64,000 bases of DNA from Chthoniobacteraceae bacterium (GTDB lineage: Bacteria > Verrucomicrobiota > Verrucomicrobiia > Chthoniobacterales > Chthoniobacteraceae): positions 24,433 to 88,432 of the forward strand of contig JANNWY010000002.1 of NCBI GenBank assembly GCA_031409335.1. The letters run 5' to 3'. How positions within the stretch are numbered: the first letter of the stretch is position 1; every line of letters starts with the position of its first letter. The notes below the pieces were generated by a model. The model worked only from the letters and a program-made list of their open reading frames with translations. It did not search any database and had not been told where the DNA came from. Made by a program: the position numbers and the translations under genes. This document shows, one piece after another, positions 48,790 to 58,130 of this stretch.

Positions 48790-49221
48790 TCAGACTTGGG
48801 GCGGATACCAAACGTAAAGCATCAGGTAAATCAGCACGCCGGTGACGGAGACGTAGAGCCACAGCGGGGCGGTGATCTTTGCCCACTTCCGGTGCTTGTC
48901 GTAGCGGGCGCGGAAGGCTGGGATGATGGTGAGCAGGATGAGCGGCACAATGGCGGCGGCCAGCGGGATGTGCGTGATGAGGATGAAATAGTAGATCGCC
49001 TTTGGCCAGCCGGGATGGGTGAACTTGGTGACGGCGGCAACGTTGAAGTGATACGTGAGGTAACACGCGAGGAAGAGTGTCGAGGTGACGAGCGCGCTGA
49101 TCATCGCGACCACGTGGGCGACCTTGCGTTCCGTTTTAATCAGGATGAGCCCGGTGACGATGAACGCGGTGCTGAGCGCGTTGAGGCTGGCATTGATCGG
49201 CGGCAGATCGGAGATGCTCAT
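48790..49221 (-). CDS. DUF420 family membrane protein
   Basis: LPPINASLN, FLACYLTYH, ILITHI, LWLYVSVTGV; oxidase-cluster context. Confidence 0.88.
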   Translation of the reverse strand: MSISDLPPINASLNALSTAFIVTGLILIKTERKVAHVVAMISALVTSTLFLACYLTYHFNVAAVTKFTHPGWPKAIYYFILITHIPLAAAIVPLILLTIIPAFRARYDKHRKWAKITAPLWLYVSVTGVLIYLMLYVWYPPQV

Positions 49222-49778
49222 TCGGCGAGGAGGCGGCGGATGTCCTCCTTGATCTTATCCGGGCGCTCATCACCCATGCCGTCGTAGAATCCGCGCGTCT
49301 GCCCGTTCTTGTCGATGAGCACGAGGCGGGTGGAATGCGCGATGACTTCCTTTTCGCCGGGCGCATCCGCGACGGCGAGTTTGAAGCCGTCGCGCGAGAG
49401 TTGCCAGATCGCGGTCTTGTCGCCGGTGAGGAATGTCCAGCGGGCGTCGGCCTTGAAACGCGCGGCGTATTCCTGGAGGACTGCGGGCGTGTCGTTCCCC
49501 GGATCGGTGGTGATGGAGACGAAATGCACGCGATCTTCACCCGCAAACTCCTGGTGAATCGCCGAGACTTTCGCGGACAAGATCGGGCATGAACCTGGGC
49601 AGCTCGTGAAGAAGAAATCGGCGACCCAAACTTTTCCTTTGAGCGAGGCGGAGTCGAACGGTTGCCCGGCGCGATCGGTTAGCGTGAATTGGGGGATCGT
49701 CCAATATCTCGGCAGTGGCTCCGGCCTTGAGCAGCCGACGAGCAGCAAAGCGATCGCGAGAAGCAGCGCGGTTCTCAC
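49218..49778 (-). CDS. SCO family copper chaperone (lipoprotein)
   Basis: LLVG-C lipobox, FFFTSCPGSCP, IAHSTRLVLID; GTG start overlapping the ctaB stop. Confidence 0.9.
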   Translation of the reverse strand: MRTALLLAIALLLVGCSRPEPLPRYWTIPQFTLTDRAGQPFDSASLKGKVWVADFFFTSCPGSCPILSAKVSAIHQEFAGEDRVHFVSITTDPGNDTPAVLQEYAARFKADARWTFLTGDKTAIWQLSRDGFKLAVADAPGEKEVIAHSTRLVLIDKNGQTRGFYDGMGDERPDKIKEDIRRLLAE

Positions 49779-50689
49779 GTCTTGGTGAAAACCATCAAGC
49801 CGAGGATGAGTGGGAGATAGAAAATCGACGTGAAGAACAATGCGCGGGCGCTGGGGCGATTGCGCTGAAGGAGGAAGCGGACGGCAAAAAAGAGCATCGC
49901 GCCATCCAGCACGAGCGCGCCCGCGAAGTAGATGGCGCTGTTCGTTCCCAAAAAATACGGGGCGAGTGTGACGGCGGTGAGGCCGAGCGTGAAGAGCAGG
50001 CTTTGCATCGCGGTCGCGCAGCCGCTCACGTCGTCGCGCTTGAGCATGACGAATCCGGCCTGGGCATATTCGTCGCGATACATCCATGCGATGGCGAGGA
50101 AGTGTGGCATTTGCCAGGCGAACAACACGCCGAACAATATCCACGCGCCCGCATCGAGCGACCCACGCGCGGCGGTCCAGCCAATAACGGGCGGGATGGC
50201 TCCGCTCACGGCTCCGACCGTGACGCAGAACGAGGTTTTGCGCTTCAGCGGCGTGTAGAAAAAGAGGTAGATCGCGATGGTCGCGGCGGCGAGGTAGGCG
50301 CTCATTGCATTCGCCGTGAACCACAGCCATGCGACACCCGCGACGGCGAGCGCGATGCCGAGCCAGAGCGCGGTCGCGGGCTTCATGCGTCCGCCGGGCA
50401 GCGGGCGGTGGCGGGTGCGCTCCATCAGCCGATCGACATGGCTTTCCATGTATTGATTTAGCACGGCGGCGGCGGCGGCGGCGAGCGCGGTGCCGAGCGT
50501 GGCGCTGATGAGCGGCAGCCATTCGAGCGGGCCATTCGCCGCCATGCAGAAGCCGACGAATGTGGTGACGATGACGAGCAGGCTGAGGCGGGCCTTGGTA
50601 AGCGTCATCAGATCTTGCATCAGGCCGGACTCGGTTTCTTCGCGCGGGACTTCCAGCGGGACGGCGACTTCGGGGGTGTAACGATTCAT
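49775..50689 (-). CDS. ctaB: Heme O synthase (protoheme IX farnesyltransferase)
   Basis: LTKARL, DRLMERTRHRPLP, YTPLKR, WQMPHF. Confidence 0.93.
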   Translation of the reverse strand: MNRYTPEVAVPLEVPREETESGLMQDLMTLTKARLSLLVIVTTFVGFCMAANGPLEWLPLISATLGTALAAAAAAVLNQYMESHVDRLMERTRHRPLPGGRMKPATALWLGIALAVAGVAWLWFTANAMSAYLAAATIAIYLFFYTPLKRKTSFCVTVGAVSGAIPPVIGWTAARGSLDAGAWILFGVLFAWQMPHFLAIAWMYRDEYAQAGFVMLKRDDVSGCATAMQSLLFTLGLTAVTLAPYFLGTNSAIYFAGALVLDGAMLFFAVRFLLQRNRPSARALFFTSIFYLPLILGLMVFTKT

Positions 50690-51843
50690 GCGGGCACCTC
50701 CACGGGACGGGCGATGGCGCGAACCGGCAGACGACTCGCGCGAGTCGCACGGACCGTGAGCAGGACGAGCGTCGCGAGGACGGCAGCGCCATTCACGACA
50801 TGCAGCGTGGTGATGATCGGCGGGCGAATGTGCCAGATGACAAACATGCCGAGGATGAATTGCGCGACGATCAATCCACCGAGCAGCAGGGCAGGACGCA
50901 CGAACAAGGATTCACCGTTTGCTTTGCGAAAAGCGGAAGCGCCGAGATGCAGGAGCAGCAGCGTGATGACCACGGAGCCGACGCGGGTGTGGGTAAAATT
51001 CAGATCGACGAAGACGTTGTGAATCTTCGGCAGCCATCCGCCATCGGGCGTGGCGTGCGGGAAGGTGGGAATGGCGAGGCCCGCGCCGAGGTGGCGCATC
51101 GCGGCCCCGACGATCAGTTGGAGAAAGATGAGCGCGATGGCGATGCGTCCGAGTTTCGCGATGCCGCCCAATTGTTGCGAAGGACGGATTCTTTCCCACG
51201 CGGGCGAAAGTAGGGCGGCGAGGACAACAAGTATCGCGAGGAAAACTTGGGCGAAGCATCCATGCACAACGCGCAGGATCATCGCTGCATCAAGTGCGCC
51301 CGCAGTTTCCTGCGTGACGCGCAGTCCGCCGAGGGTCGCTTGCACGCACACGGCGAGGTAAGCAGCAAGTGCAAGCCAGTGTTCGCGCGCGAGCAGCGCG
51401 GGACGCCGCCAGAACTGCAGCGCGAGGAAAACCACAGCGGCGGGCCAGATGCGGAGATGCGCGATGACATTGCCCTCGAGATGCAACGCGCGACCAATGG
51501 GGTCGGCGAGGCCGGAGACAATGAAAGCCGCAACCAAGCCCCATCCGTTTCGCCAAATCCACGCGCACAAAATCGCCGTGAGCACGCCAACGGCGATCGC
51601 GGTGAGGCGATGGCCGTGTTCGAGAAGCACATGGTTTTGCTGCCACCAGCCCGGCGGGTTCATTTCGCCATGAATTGTTGGCCATGTGGGCACGGCCATA
51701 CCCGCGCCAAATGTGGTAACCAATCCGCCCAGCAGGACTAGGGCGAATGTCATCACCACCACGAGCTTCGCGAAAAGCGCGAGGCCGGGGCTGGTGGAGA
51801 GCGGAGTAAAGCGGCGGGCGTTCACAGGTCGGCGCTTTGGCAC
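50686..51843 (-). CDS. ctaA: Heme A synthase (COX15/CtaA)
   Basis: GAGMAVPTWP, EHGHR, QATLGG, VVHG, NFTHTR, TLHV. Confidence 0.85.
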   Translation of the reverse strand: MPKRRPVNARRFTPLSTSPGLALFAKLVVVMTFALVLLGGLVTTFGAGMAVPTWPTIHGEMNPPGWWQQNHVLLEHGHRLTAIAVGVLTAILCAWIWRNGWGLVAAFIVSGLADPIGRALHLEGNVIAHLRIWPAAVVFLALQFWRRPALLAREHWLALAAYLAVCVQATLGGLRVTQETAGALDAAMILRVVHGCFAQVFLAILVVLAALLSPAWERIRPSQQLGGIAKLGRIAIALIFLQLIVGAAMRHLGAGLAIPTFPHATPDGGWLPKIHNVFVDLNFTHTRVGSVVITLLLLHLGASAFRKANGESLFVRPALLLGGLIVAQFILGMFVIWHIRPPIITTLHVVNGAAVLATLVLLTVRATRASRLPVRAIARPVEVPA

Positions 51844-51861
51844 GCGCGCCGCACGGGATTT

Positions 51862-52680
51862 CTATTTATTCTCGGCGATCACCGGAACGGCTGGCGCGGC
51901 GGATGCCACATTCGGAGAGTTTGCAGCCTTGAGATCAAGCGCCTCTTTTTGGAAGGCATCGAAATCCTTTTGTTCCTCGACGGTGTAGGTGGCGCGCATC
52001 TGATAATGTCCCTGCCCACAAAGCTGCGCGCAGATGATTTCCCATGTGCCGGTCTTGATCGGACGGAACCACTGCGGAATCTCCATGCCCGGCATCGCGT
52101 CCTGTTGGATGCGCATCTGATGAAGCGCAAGGCCGTGGATTACGTCCCGCGAGCTGACACGGACGACGGTTGGCTTGTGATTGACCAGATGCAAATCGTT
52201 CGTCGTGACGAAATCGTCCTTCCCGTTTTCGTCGTTCGGATCGATCCCGAGCGGATTCGCATTGGAAAGAAAGCGCATATTCTGCCTGCCGAATAAGCCA
52301 TCCGTTCCGGTGTAGTGGAAGTACCAACCGAACTGGTAGGCGATGCAGCGGACTTCGAGTTTGTCGCCGGTCTGCGGGATGTCATTCACGCGTTTGCCCC
52401 AGAGCGGGAGCGCAAAGCCAAGCAGCAGGACGGCTTCGATAAGCACGACGCTAAATTCGATGTGGGTCGAGGCATGGCTGCGCACGCCGTGGTAGTCGGC
52501 CTTGGGATTGCGTGATTTGTGAAACTTCCAAATCGCGATGAAGAAATAAGTCGTCCAGCCAACGAAGAGCGCGAGCATGAACCAGTGACAGACTTCGAGC
52601 ATGTGGTCCACGAGCGGCCCGTGCTCGGAAGCGTTGGGCAGAATGCCGATGCGTTTGTTGATGTTGAAGAACTCAAGCAT
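51862..52680 (-). CDS. coxB: Cytochrome c oxidase subunit II (CuA, no fused cytochrome c)
   Basis: Two TMs; SRDVIHG; CAQLCGQGHYQM. Confidence 0.92.
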   Translation of the reverse strand: MLEFFNINKRIGILPNASEHGPLVDHMLEVCHWFMLALFVGWTTYFFIAIWKFHKSRNPKADYHGVRSHASTHIEFSVVLIEAVLLLGFALPLWGKRVNDIPQTGDKLEVRCIAYQFGWYFHYTGTDGLFGRQNMRFLSNANPLGIDPNDENGKDDFVTTNDLHLVNHKPTVVRVSSRDVIHGLALHQMRIQQDAMPGMEIPQWFRPIKTGTWEIICAQLCGQGHYQMRATYTVEEQKDFDAFQKEALDLKAANSPNVASAAPAVPVIAENK

Positions 52681-52951
52681 GGGATGGATTACCTCCTTCG
52701 CGGCTCATCTCTTCGACGAGTTGGATGTGCGGCGGGATGGGCGTGTTTTCACATTTATAAAGGTAGTACCCGAAGCCAACCAAGGCAGCGAGCATGGAAC
52801 CGATGGCTCCAAACATGAGAAAGATTGCGCCGTTTGCGGCGCTGGCGAAGTTGGAATTTGCGTCACCCATGCAAACCGTGCAGGCATTCGCGGCGGCTGG
52901 CGCGAGGACAAGTGCGAGGCTGGCAATGCGGATCAACGAGTGTGATTTCAT
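52673..52951 (-). CDS. Small exported membrane protein with CxxC (oxidase-associated)
   Basis: Signal peptide ..AAANA-CTVCMG then one TM; overlaps neighbours. Confidence 0.7.
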   Translation of the reverse strand: MKSHSLIRIASLALVLAPAAANACTVCMGDANSNFASAANGAIFLMFGAIGSMLAALVGFGYYLYKCENTPIPPHIQLVEEMSREGGNPSHA

Positions 52952-53130
52952 AGAATGATACGGCGCGCTTTTTTCCAGAACGCGACTCCATAAATCGGCA
53001 TCGCCACCGCGAGCGCGACGCACACGGCGGCGAAGCCAATGTTCGCCGCCAAAAACGCCCACGCCGCGCAACCAATCGCGAGCAGCGTCGAGAGAGTGAT
53101 GAAACAGATGTGGAAGATTTTGAGCGACAT
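52948..53130 (-). CDS. Small two-TM membrane protein (oxidase-associated)
   Basis: MSLKIFHICFITLS...; translationally coupled on both sides. Confidence 0.7.
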   Translation of the reverse strand: MSLKIFHICFITLSTLLAIGCAAWAFLAANIGFAAVCVALAVAMPIYGVAFWKKARRIIL

Positions 53131-53498
53131 CAGTGTTGGTTGTGGACGGTGCTAAAGATCGGGTCGTAATAGTGCAGGAGCGTCAGCAGGAAAAGACCGA
53201 GGACAAAAAATGCCGTGAAATACAGCGGACGCCAGATGGTTTTTTTCTCGCCCTTCAAATGCATGAAGATCGCGCCGACGAAGCCAACTTTGATTGTGGC
53301 GACGATCATCGCGATGATGATGTTGTTCGCGTGGCTGCCAAAATCGAAATAGGACAGCCACACGGTGATGATCGTAGCCACGATCAGGAATCCGCCGACG
53401 CCGAGGTAAAGGCCGAGATGCATGTCGTGCGCGGCATGGCCGTGGTCGCTGTGCGCGTCCGGTGAGGAGTCTTTTGCGTGTTCGTGGGAATCGCTCAT
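53130..53498 (-). CDS. Cytochrome c oxidase subunit IV
   Basis: His-rich N-terminus, ATIKVGFVGAIFMHLK, three TMs. Confidence 0.88.
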   Translation of the reverse strand: MSDSHEHAKDSSPDAHSDHGHAAHDMHLGLYLGVGGFLIVATIITVWLSYFDFGSHANNIIIAMIVATIKVGFVGAIFMHLKGEKKTIWRPLYFTAFFVLGLFLLTLLHYYDPIFSTVHNQH

Positions 53499-53501
53499 GA
53501 A

Positions 53502-54545
53502 TTAAAGGAGATAGAAGATCGGGAAAACGAAGATCCAAACCAGATCGACGAAGTGCCAGAAAAGCCCGACGACTTCGACGCGGTTGGCAAGCTGTTCGGG
53601 ATTGCGGCGAAACATTTTCGTCCCACCCTCAATCGGCAGCCAGAAATAAAACATCACGATCACGCCCGCGAGGACGTGCAGCCCGTGCAGGCCGGTGATG
53701 GTGAAATAGATCGCGAAGTAGCTGCTGTGCTTCGGGGCGAACGCACTGAAGAAACTGACGTCCGCGCGATCAATCTTGCCGTGCTTATCCGTCGGGTTCT
53801 TGAACCAGAAATGCGGCTTGTCGCTTTCGGGACTGGTCGGGTCGGCGTTAATCGGATCGAGACCGATGTGAAAGGATTCGAGCTTTATGCCGGGCAGGCG
53901 GTCGATCATCTCGGCTACGGCGGGCGAGAAATGTTCACCCTTGATTGCCAGCAGTTTGCTGTCGTGTTCGTCAGGCTTGGCCTCGAGATGGTGCAATTTC
54001 AGGAACGCGTCGAACTTTGGCCTGTCCGTGGCAGAGGCATCCACGACCACTTCATGCAAATGTCCCGAGATTTCCACGCGCGGGTCGATGGGCGTGCCAC
54101 CCTTCGCGTTCTTCTCCTTGATGTAGTCGTTGCCGAGGTAGGGCTCATACTTGGCGAGCATATCCTTTTTGATGAATGCACCGAAGTGCTCGAACTTCTG
54201 CGGCCATTCGACGGCGAGTTTCACGATCAAAAAAATCGCGCCACACAGAATCGAAATACCCATCCACAGTTTATAGGCACTGAGTTTCCGCATCTTTAAC
54301 GAGGCCCATGCCAGCACCACCGTGACGGATGATGCGATCAGGATCACGGTGTTCAGCGCGCCGACGGGCACATTGAGCAGACCCTTTGGCCAGTAGCCAG
54401 GATCGGCCCCGATGCGCAGGAAAATGTAGGCGGAAAAAAGCCCACCGAAGAGCATCACTTCCGAAGCCAGGAAGAGCCAGATGCCGAGCTTCGGATTGGC
54501 CAGCCCCGTATCGGGACGCGGAGCGACTGTGTAAGGGATTTCCAT
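53502..54545 (-). CDS. coxC: Cytochrome c oxidase subunit III with a large soluble insertion
   Basis: WLFLASEVMLF, NTVILIASS, TGLHGLHV, FWHFVDLVW. Confidence 0.9.
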   Translation of the reverse strand: MEIPYTVAPRPDTGLANPKLGIWLFLASEVMLFGGLFSAYIFLRIGADPGYWPKGLLNVPVGALNTVILIASSVTVVLAWASLKMRKLSAYKLWMGISILCGAIFLIVKLAVEWPQKFEHFGAFIKKDMLAKYEPYLGNDYIKEKNAKGGTPIDPRVEISGHLHEVVVDASATDRPKFDAFLKLHHLEAKPDEHDSKLLAIKGEHFSPAVAEMIDRLPGIKLESFHIGLDPINADPTSPESDKPHFWFKNPTDKHGKIDRADVSFFSAFAPKHSSYFAIYFTITGLHGLHVLAGVIVMFYFWLPIEGGTKMFRRNPEQLANRVEVVGLFWHFVDLVWIFVFPIFYLL

Positions 54546-54548
54546 GAG

Positions 54549-56426
54549 CTAGTGAGCGGGAGCGGGCGTGAGCACCGGCGTCGCGACTGGCGCGGGTTGG
54601 CTGATGTGCTCTTCGGTTTGCGGGGTATAGTCCTTGTCCGCACCGGGCACGCTGTATTCATACGGACCACGATAGACATGGAGTTCCTTGATGAAATTGC
54701 CATGCGGCGGCGGCGTGGGTGTCTGCCAGTCGAGCGTCGTGGCATCCCACGGATTGTCGCTCGTGACTTTCTTCCCAACAAACATGCTCATGCAGAAATT
54801 GATGATGAACGGAATCTGCGCGATACCGAGCAGCCATGCGGAGGTCGAAATAAAGCTGTTCCAGTGGAGCACGGATTCGACGGTCTGCTTATACACCTCG
54901 CCGCCGTCATACCAGCGACGATGCACGCCGGTCATCCCTTGCAGGAACATCGGCATGAACACGCAATTCATCAGGATGAGGGATCCCCAAAAGTGGAGGC
55001 GACCGAGCGTCTCATTCATCATGCGACCTGTTGCCTTTGGATACCAGTGATAGACCCCCGCGAAGATCGCGAAGATGGTGCCGGGCGCGATGATGTAGTG
55101 GAAGTGGGCGATGATGTAATAGGTGTCGTGCAGGTAAAGATCGACAGCGTTGAAAGCGAGCGGAATGCCGGTCAATCCGCCAATTCCAAACATCGGAAGG
55201 AATGCCGTCGCGAATAACATCGGCACGTTGAAACGAATCGAGCCACCCCAAAGCGAGAGTAGCAGCGCCGTGAGCAGGATCACCGACGGGATCGAGATAA
55301 TGATCGTGGTCGTCTGGAAGAAGCCCGCGACCTTCGCACCCATGCCGGTCATATACATGTGATGCGCCCACACGATGAAGGAGAGGAATGCGAGGCAGAA
55401 GATACCGCCGACCATCATCTTGTAGCCCCAAATCGGTTTGCGTGTATTGCACGCAATGATCTCGGTAATCATGCCCAGCGCGGGAAGAATCAGCACATAC
55501 ACTTCGGGGTGCGCGAGGAACCAAAACAAATGCTGCCAGAGCAGCGGACTGCCACCGCCTGAAAATGGCGCGGGCTGTCCATTTAAGATAAGACCCGTCG
55601 GCATGAAGAAGCTCGTGCCTGCCACGCGATCCATAAGCTGCATGATCGCCGCGGCCTCGAGTGGCGGGAACGCGAGCAGCAGCAGATATGCGGTAATGAA
55701 AATGGCCCAGCAGAAGAATGGCATCCGCATCCACGTCATACCCGGCGCGCGCAGTTGGACGATCGTCGCGATGAAATTCACCGATCCGAGAAGCGACGCG
55801 GTGATGTTAAACACCATGCCGATGATCCAGAGCGTCTGACCGTTCATGAGGAGATGAAACATCCCGGGCTGCGCGCCATACGCGAGGTCGCTGTCCGCCA
55901 GTCCGGCCAGCGGCGAGTAGGACGTCCACCCGCTTTTCGCGGCACCGCCAGGGACGAAGAAACTCGCGACCATGATGACGCAACTGATGAAGAACGACCA
56001 GAAGCTGGCCATGTTCAGTCGCGGGAAAGTCATATCCACGGCACCGATTTGCAGCGGCATCACATAGTTGCCAAACGCCGCGAAAGCTACCGGCACGATG
56101 CCGAAGAACACCATGATCGTGCCGTGCATGGCACCGAAGACATTGTAGGCATTCGAACTGATGATGCCGGACTTGGAGACCATGTCGTCACCCATCACCA
56201 TATTCAACATGCCGCCGCCAAACGGAATCGGCGTCGATGCGCCGTGCGCGATCGTCCAGCGCATCAGCATCATCAGCATGAAGCCGAACATCAGGAAAAT
56301 CAGCCCGGTGACACCGTACTGCAGCCCGATGATTTTATGATCCGTCGAAAAAACCCATTTCCGCCAAAAGCCAAGCTCGTGATGGTCGTCGTGACCGTGA
56401 TCGTGAGAATCGTGTGCGTGGGCCAT
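54549..56426 (-). CDS. coxA: A-family heme-copper oxidase subunit I
   Basis: STDHKIIG, MHGTIMVF, DMTFPRLN, HPEVY, WAHHM, HDTYY..HFH, RR. Confidence 0.95.
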   Translation of the reverse strand: MAHAHDSHDHGHDDHHELGFWRKWVFSTDHKIIGLQYGVTGLIFLMFGFMLMMLMRWTIAHGASTPIPFGGGMLNMVMGDDMVSKSGIISSNAYNVFGAMHGTIMVFFGIVPVAFAAFGNYVMPLQIGAVDMTFPRLNMASFWSFFISCVIMVASFFVPGGAAKSGWTSYSPLAGLADSDLAYGAQPGMFHLLMNGQTLWIIGMVFNITASLLGSVNFIATIVQLRAPGMTWMRMPFFCWAIFITAYLLLLAFPPLEAAAIMQLMDRVAGTSFFMPTGLILNGQPAPFSGGGSPLLWQHLFWFLAHPEVYVLILPALGMITEIIACNTRKPIWGYKMMVGGIFCLAFLSFIVWAHHMYMTGMGAKVAGFFQTTTIIISIPSVILLTALLLSLWGGSIRFNVPMLFATAFLPMFGIGGLTGIPLAFNAVDLYLHDTYYIIAHFHYIIAPGTIFAIFAGVYHWYPKATGRMMNETLGRLHFWGSLILMNCVFMPMFLQGMTGVHRRWYDGGEVYKQTVESVLHWNSFISTSAWLLGIAQIPFIINFCMSMFVGKKVTSDNPWDATTLDWQTPTPPPHGNFIKELHVYRGPYEYSVPGADKDYTPQTEEHISQPAPVATPVLTPAPAH

Positions 56427-56442
56427 AAGCGTGATTCGGTTG

Positions 56443-56931
56443 TTACTTAGGGTTTGGAAACTTGATCACTTCCGCTTCAACCCAAGGCATCGTCCGGTCC
56501 TTAAACTCGTCACGGACTTTCTGGATGAAGTCCGGCGTAATGGCCTTGTCGGCTTTGTTGCTCCAGGCAGTGCGGATGTAGTTCAGCACGTCCGCGAGTT
56601 TCTGGTTGTCCTTATAGATCGGGAACTGCGTATCGACAGGAATCAGCGGGACCGTTCCGGGATACTTCACGCCCTTCACGGTGATCGGTCCGTTGAGGCC
56701 TTTGATCACGATGGCCACGAGCCTGCGCGCATCGTCCACCACATACTCCGAACCATCGAATGGCGGAAACACGCCGGGAAGCCCCGCGCCAGTCGGTTGA
56801 TGGCAGGCGACGCAGGTGGTCATGTAGGATGCCTTGCCGCGTTCCGCTGACGCCTTGATGTCTTCGGGATTGATGTCCTGCGCAACCGCTGTCGCGGCGG
56901 CGAGGATACTGAATGCGAGGATGTTTTTCAT
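56443..56931 (-). CDS. Periplasmic monoheme cytochrome c
   Basis: Signal peptide, CVACH, GLPGVFPP. Confidence 0.88.
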   Translation of the reverse strand: MKNILAFSILAAATAVAQDINPEDIKASAERGKASYMTTCVACHQPTGAGLPGVFPPFDGSEYVVDDARRLVAIVIKGLNGPITVKGVKYPGTVPLIPVDTQFPIYKDNQKLADVLNYIRTAWSNKADKAITPDFIQKVRDEFKDRTMPWVEAEVIKFPNPK

Positions 56932-56947
56932 GGCAAATTTGGAGGTG

Positions 56948-58114
56948 TTACTTGGCATCGGCGGGCCAGCCGGTGAGTTCGGCTTCGGTCCACGGCGTTT
57001 TTCGATCGAGGAATTTCTTGCGAACGTTCGCGACGAACTCGGTGGGAACCGGCGGCGCACTGTTCTCGAAGGACGAACGGACGAAAGTAAGGATGGAAGC
57101 GATCTTGTCGTCGGCCAGCACGGCTTCCTGCGCGATCATCGGGACGAGATAGGTGAAGTCCTTGTATTTGAAAGGCGGGTTGATGCCTTTGAGGACCATC
57201 GCGGTGAGACGCTCGGCACTGCCACTCACATACTCCGATTTCACAAGCGACGGGAACGCGCCGGGCAGACCCTGGCCCGTGGGCTGATGACAGGCAACGC
57301 AGACCGTCATGTAACCCATCTTGCCAGCGTCGGCGGCACTCGCTGCGTCGGCAGGCGCAGCCGGGGCAGCATCGGAGACTGCCGCGGGCGCGGCGCTCGG
57401 AGCTGTTGGCGCAACGCCGGCGGGCGCGCCGCCTTCCAATTTCGCGTCTTCGGGAACTTGAAGAAGTTCAGCCTCGTTCCATGAAACTTTCTTCGCCGAA
57501 AACTCTTTGCGCGCCGCAGCGATCTGCGCGGTCGTTATCGCACCCGCTTGGTTGCCCCATTCCTGCCGAATGTAGGTCATCACCGCCGCGATCTTTTTGT
57601 CGTTCAGTAAACTTTCCCACTGCGGCATCACGCCATTGTAGGTCGCGCCTTTTACTTTCACCGGACCCATCAACCCCTTGAGCATGAGCATCGCGAGACG
57701 CTTCTCGTTGCCAATCACCCATTCAGAACCTACGAGGGGAGGAATCAGACCCGGCTGACCAGCGCCGCTGGAGGTATGGCATGCCTGACAGTTGCCGAGA
57801 TACACACCCTTGCCGATCGCAAACATGTCGTCCGGCACCGCTGCGCCAGCCTTTGCATTCGCGCGTTCCGGCTGCGGGAACAGCACCGCGGGCGAGCTTT
57901 CAAACTCGTTATAGACATTGCTATTGAACCCACCGTGAAACATTCCGACATAAGCACCCGCCCAGCACACGGCAGCCCCGCAAAGCACCGTGACCCAGAG
58001 CGGGACGGGCGTGACGTCGGCGCTGGGATCCTTGTGTTCGCGTTGGATGGCTGCGTGGACTTCGGTTAAGTCCGGCGTTTCGCGTGAGTCGATGTGTTCA
58101 GAACCCTGAGACAT
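56948..58114 (-). CDS. Membrane-anchored diheme cytochrome c
   Basis: N-terminal TM; CQACH..GVMP; Ala/Pro linker; CVACH..VPMI. Confidence 0.9.
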   Translation of the reverse strand: MSQGSEHIDSRETPDLTEVHAAIQREHKDPSADVTPVPLWVTVLCGAAVCWAGAYVGMFHGGFNSNVYNEFESSPAVLFPQPERANAKAGAAVPDDMFAIGKGVYLGNCQACHTSSGAGQPGLIPPLVGSEWVIGNEKRLAMLMLKGLMGPVKVKGATYNGVMPQWESLLNDKKIAAVMTYIRQEWGNQAGAITTAQIAAARKEFSAKKVSWNEAELLQVPEDAKLEGGAPAGVAPTAPSAAPAAVSDAAPAAPADAASAADAGKMGYMTVCVACHQPTGQGLPGAFPSLVKSEYVSGSAERLTAMVLKGINPPFKYKDFTYLVPMIAQEAVLADDKIASILTFVRSSFENSAPPVPTEFVANVRKKFLDRKTPWTEAELTGWPADAK

Positions 58115-58130
58115 GTTTCGTGAAAAAAAT

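Noticed and set aside
49779..50792. Apparent 524-aa SCO protein
   Set aside because: The upstream part is an alternative frame of ctaB; SCO starts at GTG 49778 with a lipoprotein signal.
51995..52035. CuA motif with Gln instead of Glu (CAQLCG)
   Set aside because: Gln at this position is a known natural variant because the ligand is the backbone carbonyl; not unusual on its own.
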